Shown piece after piece: positions 26,601-32,000 of a DNA stretch of 32,000 nucleotides. The translations under genes were made by a program, and so were the position numbers. Source of the stretch: Mycolicibacterium smegmatis (GTDB taxonomy: Bacteria; Actinomycetota; Actinomycetes; Mycobacteriales; Mycobacteriaceae); the NCBI RefSeq assembly GCF_001457595.1, contig NZ_LN831039.1, positions 1-32,000 of the forward strand, written 5' to 3'. The notes under the pieces are model-generated. The model was not told the DNA's origin, made no database searches, and saw only the letters and a list, made by a program, of their open reading frames with translations. Numbering within the stretch: the stretch's first letter is position 1; the number at the start of each line of letters is the position of its first letter.

Positions 26601-29600
26601 CACCGCGGTGAGCGCCGAACTGCCCGGGCACCTGGTCCCGTCGAGCCTGCGACCGGTGGACGCGATCCCGCTGCTGCCCAGTGGCAAACGGGACAACACC
26701 GCGCTGCGATCGCTTCTGGTCCCCGGTGAAAGCACGGACACAGCGCCCACCAACGACGTCCAACGGGCCGTGCTCGATGTGATGACCGGTGTACTGGCCC
26801 GCGACACGCTCGGCGCCGACGACGACTTCTTCGCCGTCGGCGGTGACAGCATCTCGGCGATCCGGGTCACCAGCCGGCTGGCCCGCGCCGGGTACCACAT
26901 CGCGACCGAAGACGTCTTCCGTGGCCGTACCGCCGCGGGCGTGGCGGCCCTGGTCGACACCGTCGAACCCCTCGCGCACGACGCGGCGATCGAACCGTTC
27001 GGCACCGTGCGGCTGTCGCCGCAGACCATCGATCGGATCCGGGAAAGCGGTCCGGTCGAGGACATCTGGGCCATGTCGCCGCTGCAGCTCGGCGTGTACT
27101 ACCAGAGCACGCTCGCCGACGCGGGCCCGACGTACATCGCGCAGAACGTCTTCGAGTTCGACCGCCGCATCGACGTCGACGCCATGCGGCGAGCATTCAC
27201 CGCGCTGTTGCGCCGTCACCCGCAACTGCGGGCCGGGTTCCGCACCGTCGAGCACGCCGAACCCGAACCGGCCCCCGACGCCACACCCGTCGTGCAGGTC
27301 GTGGTGACCGACCCTCCGTCGGACCTCACGGTCGTCGACCTCACCGACCAGGACGACCCGGCCGCCGCGCAGCACATCGTCGACACCGACCGCACCGCGC
27401 CCTTCGACGTCGCGACGCCCCCGCTGCTACGGCTCACCGTGATCCGGCTACCGGGCGGACGTGACCGGATGCTGTTCACCTATCACTTCCTGCTGTTCGA
27501 CGGCTGGTCGCGCGAACTGGTGCTGCGAGACCTGTTCGCGCTCTACGACTCCGACGCGCAGCACGGCGCGATCGCACCGCACGGCGACCTGGTGGTGCGC
27601 CACCTGCAGTGGCTCGCGACCGACGGCGACCCGCAGGCCTCGGGCGCCACAGACGCATGGCGTGACCTGCTCGCGGGTCTGACCGAGCCGACGCTGGCGA
27701 GCGGCGTGTCACCCGATCACCCCGACGCGCGGCCCGGCACCGAACCCGGCAGGATCGTCGTGAGGGTGCCCGAGGACGTCACCACGCAACTGCACACGTG
27801 CGCCACCGCGCACGGCGCGACGCTCAACTCCGTGGTGACCGCGGCCGTCGCGCTGGTGACCGGCTATCACGCCGGCACCACCGACGTCGTGATCGGGACC
27901 ACCGTCGCCGGGCGCCCCGGCCACCTCGTCGGGATCGACGAGACCATCGGCCTGTTCCTCAACACCGTGCCGGTGCGGGTCGACATGTCCCCCACCCGTT
28001 CGGTCGCGGCCGCGATGGCCTCCATCGGTGAACAACGTGTGGCGATGATGCGGCACGACCACCTGGGCCTGGGCCAGATCCAGCGCGCCGCAGGTGATTC
28101 CGGCAGCGCGCTGTTCGACTCGCTGCTGGTGCTGCAGAACTTCCTCGACGACGACACTTTCACCGACCTCGAATCCCGCCACGGCATCATCGACGTCAAC
28201 TACCACGACACCACGCACTTCCCGCTCACCTGGGTGCTCACCCCGGGCCGCGAACTCGCGATCAAGCTCGAGCACCGCGTGGTCGACGACGCCAGGGCCA
28301 CCGAGATGGTCGAACAGCTCGTCACGGTGCTGCGGACCATCGCCGCGGAACCCGATACCGCCGTGGGCGCGGTCGACCTGATCGGCGCGGACCGGCGTGC
28401 ACAACTGGAGCGCAGGTGGTCGTCGACCGAACGACCGCTCGAGCCGGTCACGATCGCCGAACTCCTCGCGCGGCGTGCCGAACAGAATCCCGACGACGTC
28501 GCGCTGGTGTTCGGCGCGCAGTCGGTGACCTACCGCGAATTCGACGACCGCGTCTCGCAATTCGCGCGCCATCTGCGCGCACGAGGCGCGGCGCCCGAGA
28601 CGTTCGTCGCGCTCGCACTGCCTCGATCGATCGACATGGTGGTCGCGCTGTTCGCGGTGCTGCGCGCAGGTGCGGCCTATCTGCCGCTCGAGCTGGACCT
28701 CCCCATCGACCGCCTCCGCACGATCATCGACGACGCCGAACCCGTGCTGCTCGTCACGACGACCGACCGCACGGAACTGATCGGGCACGCACGAGCCCGT
28801 GGAGCCGATGTCATCGCGCTCGACGACGCGGAAACCGCTGCCACACTCGCCGATACGCCCGCGTACGCGCTGACCGCAGGCGAACTCGGGGCTTTCGCGT
28901 CCGGCAGCACGCGCCTGAACCACCCGGCGTATCTGATCTACACGTCCGGTTCCACGGGACGCCCGAAGGGTGTGCTCACCGGGTACGCGGGCCTGACCAA
29001 CATGTACTTCAACCACCGCGAGGCGATCTTCGCACCCACCGTGGCCCGGGCCGGTTCGGCAGAACAGTTGCGCATCGCCCACACCGTGTCGTTCTCGTTC
29101 GACATGTCGTGGGAAGAGTTGTTCTGGCTGGTCGAAGGACACCAGGTGCATGTGTGCGACGAGGAGTTGCGCCGGGACGCACCGGCACTGGTCGCGTACT
29201 GCCACCGGCACCGCATCGACGTCATCAACGTCACGCCGACGTATGCCCACCACCTGTTCGACGCCGGTCTCCTCGACGACGGCGCCCACACCCCGCCGCT
29301 CGTACTGCTCGGCGGCGAAGCCGTCGGTGACGGCGTGTGGTCGGCGCTGCGCGATCACCCCGACTCGGCCGGATACAACCTGTACGGACCCACCGAGTAC
29401 ACCATCAACGCCCTGGGCGGCGGCACCGACGACAGCGAAACTCCGACTGTCGGACAACCGATCTGGAACACCCGCGGCTACATCCTCGACGCGGCATTGC
29501 GACCCGTGCCCGACGGCGCGGTCGGCGAACTCTACATCGCAGGCACCGGCCTGGCGCGCGGATACCACCGCCGTGCGGGTCTGACCGCGGCCACCATGGT

Positions 29601-32000
29601 CGCCGACCCGTATGTGCCCGGTGGGCGCATGTACCGCACCGGGGACCTCGTCCGCCGTCGCCCCGGCAGCGCCGAACTCCTCGACTACCTCGGCCGCGTC
29701 GACGACCAGGTGAAGATCCGCGGCTACCGCGTCGAGCTCGGCGAGATCGAATCCGTCCTCACGACGGCCGACGGCGTCGCACGCTGCGCGGTCGTGGCGC
29801 GCGCGACCGGGGCCAATCCGCCCGTGAAAACCCTCGCGGCCTACGTCATCCCGGACCGGCGGCCTGCCGAGGACGCCGCGTTCATCACGGGACTCCGCGA
29901 CCACCTGGCGCGCGTGCTGCCGGGTTACATGGTGCCGACGCGCTACGGCATCGTCGACTCGTTGCCGCTGACCATCAACGGCAAACTCGACGTCGCGGCA
30001 CTGCCCGAACCCGTCGCCGCGACCAGTGGCACCGGCCGGACACCGCGCACCGACCGCGAGGCCACCCTGCTCGAGATCGTGGCCTCGGTGCTCGGCATCG
30101 ACGGCATCGGCGTGGACGACGACTTCTTCACCCTCGGCGGTGACAGCATCTCATCGATCTCGGTGTGCGGACGCGCCCGCAAGGCCGGGCTCAACATCAC
30201 GCCGCGAGACGTGTTCCGGCGCCGCACCATTGCCGCGCTCGCGGCAAGTGCCGACACCACGCAGACCCCGGAGTCCGGTCCCGACACCGGGACCGGGGCC
30301 ATCACCGCGACCCCCATGCTCGCCGAGACCGCACAGGCGAACACGCCGCTGACCAACTTCTACCAGGCCATGGTGCTGGCCACGCCGGCCGGGATCACCG
30401 CGCACGAGGTGCAACGCGTGCTGCAGACCGTGGTCGACGCCCACGCGATGCTGCGTGCGCGCCTGGTGACCACCGCGACGGGCTGGACCCTGACCGTTCC
30501 CGATCAGACCGCGGCGATCGGGCTCACCGTCCGGTCGGGTGCGCTGACCAGCGACTGTGTCGAGGCCGAGAAAGCCGCGGCGGCAGCCGAACTCGACCCT
30601 CGGGCGGGCAACATGGTACGCGCGGTGTGGTTCGACGCCCCGGAGGCGAGCGGGCAACTGCTGCTCGTGATCCACCACCTGGTGATCGACGGCGTGTCGT
30701 GGCGCATCCTGTCCGAGGATCTTTCGCGCGCGTGGAACGACCTGGCCGCAGGACGCGACGTGGCGGCCGACGCCGTGCCGACGTCGTTTCACACGTGGGC
30801 GAACGCACTGGCACAGCGCACATTCGACGACGAGCGCGAGTACTGGGCCGATGTGCTGGCCACGCCGGATCCGGATCTGGGCAGCCGCCCGCCGGATCCG
30901 GCGATCGACACCGCGGACACCGTGCGCAGTCACGAGGTCACCCTGCCGTCCGATGTCACCGCGGCCCTGCTGACCTCGGTGCCCGCCGCGATGCACGGCG
31001 GTGTCAACGACGTGCTGCTCACCGGACTGGCGGTGGCGCTGGGACAGTGGCGTGCCGACCGGGGCCACTCACAGAACACCGCCACCGTGATCAGCCTGGA
31101 GCGCCACGGCCGCGAATCCGACCTGGTGGCAGCCGATCTGGACCTTTCACGAACCGTCGGCTGGTTCACCTCCATCTATCCGGTGCGCATCGACCCGGGC
31201 CCCCTCGAATGGGACACAGTGCGGTCGGCAGGCGCGGAACTCGCCGCAGCGGCCAAGGCCGTCAAAGAACAACTGCGCGCGGTACCCAACCGCGGGCTCG
31301 GCTACGGCGTCCTGCGTCACCTCCACGGCGCGCTGGACGGCACCCCGCCGCAGATCCTGTTCAACTACCTCGGCCGCTTCACCGGCGGCAGCGGCAACGA
31401 CTGGCGACCGGTCGCGGGAATCGGCGCGCTCACCGAGGGCGTGGATCCGAGCAACCCGGCCATGCCACTCGAGATCAACGCCCTGGCCGAGGAGCGGCCC
31501 GACGGCACGGTGCTCAGCATGACGCTGGCCTGGCCCGGTGGGCTGCTCGACGCCGACGACGTCGCCGAACTCGGCTCGATGTGGGCCGATGTGCTTGTCG
31601 CGCTGACCCGTTGTGATGCCCTGCGGGGCCACACCCCGTCGGACTTCGGCCTGGTGACCGTCAGCCAGGACGACATCGACGGCTGGGATCGACTCGGCGA
31701 GGTCGAGGAGGTGCTGCCCCTGCTGCCGCTGCAGGAGGGTATGTACTTCCACAGCATGTTCGGGGATCCTGCGACCGACACCTACCGCGTGCAGCAGATC
31801 GCCCAACTGTCCGGCCCGGTGGATCCCGAGGTGCTGCGTACCAGTCTCACCGTCGTGATGCGCCGCCACCAGGCGTTGCGTGCGAGCTTTAACGAACTCA
31901 CCGACGGCCGGGTGGCGCAGGTGATCTGGTCCGACGTCCCGGTTCAGCTCACCGTGGTCGACACGGATGATCTGGAAAGCATTGCCGCAGAGGAGCTCGC
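20665..32000 (+). CDS. Exochelin non-ribosomal peptide synthetase (3' truncated by window): A1-T1-E1-C2-A2-T2-C3-A3-T3-E3-C4...
   Basis: GTG at 20665 ([23 protein letters not shown]...), frame 1 read by hand without finding a stop to base 32000 (3778 codons). Contains A-domain cores [32 protein letters not shown]; T motifs GGDSI x3; C/E motifs. Absent from the supplied ORF track. Likely one of the fxbB/fxbC NRPS genes. Confidence 0.96.
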   Translation, partial: MTADSLDIAELLELWNNHSTPEHTSTVPTLFAAQCALTPDEVAVVDGERRLTYRHLETHVAQLAHAVRVAAGEGPEPIVAIGVPRSAEMVVCVLAAMMAGVAFVPLDPSWPAHRRRQVLADSGAVATFITREDESDWGVPGLRVDLGAWQFTAESPVLPQADVHPAQLAYVIFTSGSTGKPKGAMIRHDAIAERLQWQRDHILHFGKHDHTDASLFKAPLSFDISVNEILLPLVSGGRVVVAVPDGEKDPEYLLELIRTEQVTFVYLVSSMLDTLLELDRLATADGAPSSLASLRHVWCGGEVLTPGLFARFRKQLTTTLYHGYGPAEATIGVSHVIYRDTAERIATSIGRPNPHTQLYVLDEYLQPVPPGVGGELYAAGFLLGRGYVNAPSLTASRFVANPFDGNGSRMYRTGDLARWTEDGSLEFLGRADNQVKIGGRRVELEEIESQLADHPAVRHAVVDVHRQGGADVLVGYLVAADGVRNDAAWHAEVADWARTRLPEYMVPKAFVALERVPLTANGKTDRRALPAPDLERSGTVKPPRTPRETVLCQVFADALDIDAVGVDEDFFALGGDSIVAIRVVSRLRAAGYTLRPRDMFAHRTVEALAPLLGDSDVRDTGPAVDPTGAATPTPILRWLDEVGTAGSVLNGFHQGMSLVTPADADENTLRAAIAATVRRHHVLWAPPGRTASDIDIPGTPPETRLLIADASDGIPAQAEKVARQLVSLLDTARIAFGWIRRPAAPGRLVVIADHTVIDGVSLRILAEDIATAYGLIAEGRAVELPTPHTSWRAWAQRLADTAAAGGFDADLEHWQQVCATTETPWGDRALDPAIDTVATESRLTVELPSAVTDAILTTVPDRIHGHVNDALVAALYLALRRWLHTRGVGADTLLVEMEGHGREGHLVDSDTAGLDLSNTVGWFTTLYPVALRDAEFDWQAAVSGGPQLGAAVRSVKDQLRSVPSHGFSYGALRYLRDGTSGLEAAPQVLFNYLGRFGTADRPWALANDTTAVLEDRDPGMPLPRLLEVNAEAVTTADGSVLRATFSWPAHAVAEVDVRTLAGMWTDLLTAIASSDDVRGHSASDFDRVSVTADDVAELERRYPGLTDLLPLTPTQQGIYFHSTFSRDRDPYVVQQIVDITGPLDTERFQRATESVAARHRALGAVFTTLSDGTPVAVHAATVAPDFDVLDARHAADPSTVVAQRARWERERRFDLAAAPLTRYTLVRRRDDLHTMIQTVHHIVADGWSVPIVLDDLLTAYAGDDFDGPAPEFARFVDWLEQRDTDADRAAWAPALEDITEPTRLAAADGARGRTTGSGFGTRTVTLQSRSAVADAANGAAVTVGTLLHTAWGLALGRLTGRDDVVFGTVVSGRGADVHGIESMVGLLVNTVPVRVAWSADDTGADVAGRLAAVESTLLEHHHLPLTEAHRLAGVGELFDTLVVIENLGATTHTRGDLTLGDIGVIEAPHYPLTLMISVRDTITVTVTNDREHVSDVLADTAVAAFTEVLTALTADPGVSPGDIALPAPQATAPPTQAPQTVTDLIAAAIAEHRDDIALVVGETEWTYGQLGARAGELAAALAEAGVRRGDIVALATARSADLVAAIWAIIAAGAAYLPVDLAYPRTRIEYMLRHARPTAVIADGVGAHVVSGALPADTIVVSTTATHAAVPFTPVPVDGADAVSVLYTSGSTGEPKAVVGTHAALANRLAWAVEAWPAATRIAKSSLSFIDGTTELLAGLAAGARTVLAGDETARDGRRLAQLVAAHGVEQLLAVPSLAAVLADERTEDVAELNRWIVSGEALEPRHLHALRTACPTAEIVNSYGSSEVAGDVLAGVQDDAGITLGAAVPGAGIRILDSRLRQLPAGVIGEIYVTGGQLARGYLGRPGQTATRFVAAPGGERMYRTGDLGALLPDGRVVFAGRADDQLKINGHRVEPGEIESVLARQPGVREAAVIGTGTQLAAFVVLESDAPGAGDLLTAVSAELPGHLVPSSLRPVDAIPLLPSGKRDNTALRSLLVPGESTDTAPTNDVQRAVLDVMTGVLARDTLGADDDFFAVGGDSISAIRVTSRLARAGYHIATEDVFRGRTAAGVAALVDTVEPLAHDAAIEPFGTVRLSPQTIDRIRESGPVEDIWAMSPLQLGVYYQSTLADAGPTYIAQNVFEFDRRIDVDAMRRAFTALLRRHPQLRAGFRTVEHAEPEPAPDATPVVQVVVTDPPSDLTVVDLTDQDDPAAAQHIVDTDRTAPFDVATPPLLRLTVIRLPGGRDRMLFTYHFLLFDGWSRELVLRDLFALYDSDAQHGAIAPHGDLVVRHLQWLATDGDPQASGATDAWRDLLAGLTEPTLASGVSPDHPDARPGTEPGRIVVRVPEDVTTQLHTCATAHGATLNSVVTAAVALVTGYHAGTTDVVIGTTVAGRPGHLVGIDETIGLFLNTVPVRVDMSPTRSVAAAMASIGEQRVAMMRHDHLGLGQIQRAAGDSGSALFDSLLVLQNFLDDDTFTDLESRHGIIDVNYHDTTHFPLTWVLTPGRELAIKLEHRVVDDARATEMVEQLVTVLRTIAAEPDTAVGAVDLIGADRRAQLERRWSSTERPLEPVTIAELLARRAEQNPDDVALVFGAQSVTYREFDDRVSQFARHLRARGAAPETFVALALPRSIDMVVALFAVLRAGAAYLPLELDLPIDRLRTIIDDAEPVLLVTTTDRTELIGHARARGADVIALDDAETAATLADTPAYALTAGELGAFASGSTRLNHPAYLIYTSGSTGRPKGVLTGYAGLTNMYFNHREAIFAPTVARAGSAEQLRIAHTVSFSFDMSWEELFWLVEGHQVHVCDEELRRDAPALVAYCHRHRIDVINVTPTYAHHLFDAGLLDDGAHTPPLVLLGGEAVGDGVWSALRDHPDSAGYNLYGPTEYTINALGGGTDDSETPTVGQPIWNTRGYILDAALRPVPDGAVGELYIAGTGLARGYHRRAGLTAATMVADPYVPGGRMYRTGDLVRRRPGSAELLDYLGRVDDQVKIRGYRVELGEIESVLTTADGVARCAVVARATGANPPVKTLAAYVIPDRRPAEDAAFITGLRDHLARVLPGYMVPTRYGIVDSLPLTINGKLDVAALPEPVAATSGTGRTPRTDREATLLEIVASVLGIDGIGVDDDFFTLGGDSISSISVCGRARKAGLNITPRDVFRRRTIAALAASADTTQTPESGPDTGTGAITATPMLAETAQANTPLTNFYQAMVLATPAGITAHEVQRVLQTVVDAHAMLRARLVTTATGWTLTVPDQTAAIGLTVRSGALTSDCVEAEKAAAAAELDPRAGNMVRAVWFDAPEASGQLLLVIHHLVIDGVSWRILSEDLSRAWNDLAAGRDVAADAVPTSFHTWANALAQRTFDDEREYWADVLATPDPDLGSRPPDPAIDTADTVRSHEVTLPSDVTAALLTSVPAAMHGGVNDVLLTGLAVALGQWRADRGHSQNTATVISLERHGRESDLVAADLDLSRTVGWFTSIYPVRIDPGPLEWDTVRSAGAELAAAAKAVKEQLRAVPNRGLGYGVLRHLHGALDGTPPQILFNYLGRFTGGSGNDWRPVAGIGALTEGVDPSNPAMPLEINALAEERPDGTVLSMTLAWPGGLLDADDVAELGSMWADVLVALTRCDALRGHTPSDFGLVTVSQDDIDGWDRLGEVEEVLPLLPLQEGMYFHSMFGDPATDTYRVQQIAQLSGPVDPEVLRTSLTVVMRRHQALRASFNELTDGRVAQVIWSDVPVQLTVVDTDDLESIAAEEL
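20740..22270 (+). other. NRPS adenylation domain A1, predicted N5-formyl-N5-hydroxyornithine
   Basis: [33 protein letters not shown] and NGK give the ten-residue code D-I-N-Y-W-G-G-I-G-K. Confidence 0.85.
22290..22500 (+). other. NRPS thiolation domain T1
   Basis: [26 protein letters not shown]. Confidence 0.93.
22560..23940 (+). other. NRPS epimerization domain E1
   Basis: [36 protein letters not shown] are E-domain motifs. Confidence 0.85.
23970..25230 (+). other. NRPS condensation domain C2
   Basis: [15 protein letters not shown] and HHIVADGWS. Confidence 0.93.
25280..26720 (+). other. NRPS adenylation domain A2, predicted beta-alanine
   Basis: [33 protein letters not shown] give code I-D-T-L-I-S-S-G-D-K, close to the beta-Ala pattern VDxVISxGDK; Asp235 displaced as expected for a beta-amino acid. 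Confidence 0.75.
26750..26960 (+). other. NRPS thiolation domain T2
   Basis: [27 protein letters not shown]. Confidence 0.93.
27050..28380 (+). other. NRPS condensation domain C3
   Basis: [29 protein letters not shown] (first His of HHxxxDG is Tyr), [31 protein letters not shown]. Confidence 0.9.
28450..29990 (+). other. NRPS adenylation domain A3, predicted N5-hydroxyornithine
   Basis: [36 protein letters not shown] give code D-M-E-N-L-G-L-I-N-K. Confidence 0.85.
30040..30240 (+). other. NRPS thiolation domain T3
   Basis: [28 protein letters not shown]. Confidence 0.93.
30310..31650 (+). other. NRPS epimerization domain E3
   Basis: [42 protein letters not shown]. Confidence 0.92.
31700..32000 (+). 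other. NRPS condensation domain C4 (N-terminal part only)
   Basis: [21 protein letters not shown] following an E domain; runs off the window. Confidence 0.88.

Noticed and set aside
27709-29904. 731-aa minus-strand ORF over NRPS C3/A3
   Set aside because: Antisense GC artefact; the sense strand carries canonical motifs throughout.

Overview
This 32 kb window from a fast-growing mycobacterium (gene content and order match Mycobacterium smegmatis) begins exactly at the dnaA start codon. Its first 12 kb is the replication-origin block: dnaA, an oriC-like intergenic region, dnaN, gnd, recF, dciA (DUF721), gyrB, gyrA, a DUF3566 membrane protein, tRNA-Ile(GAT), a tiny membrane ORF, and tRNA-Ala(TGC). 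Immediately 3' of tRNA-Ala an iron/siderophore cluster begins and runs to the window end: siderophore-interacting flavoprotein, two FecCD permeases, ferric-siderophore ATPase, formyltransferase fxbA (minus strand), MbtH-like protein, two ABC exporter half-transporters, and an NRPS gene that is still open at base 32000. The supplied ORF track omits this NRPS, probably because it has no stop in the window. Reading it by hand gives A-T-E / C-A-T / C-A-T-E / C... with adenylation pocket codes DINYWGGIGK, IDTLISSGDK and DMENLGLINK. These predict N5-formyl-N5-hydroxyornithine (D), beta-alanine, N5-hydroxyornithine (D), which is the start of exochelin MS. The system is therefore a known one (exochelin), not a new system. 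The least-expected details are an exporter pair whose first NBD has no recognisable P-loop, catalytic Glu or H-loop while the second lacks LSGGQ, two IdeR-box-like sites, a DLW-39-like micro-ORF between the tRNAs, and a perfect hairpin in the gyrB leader.
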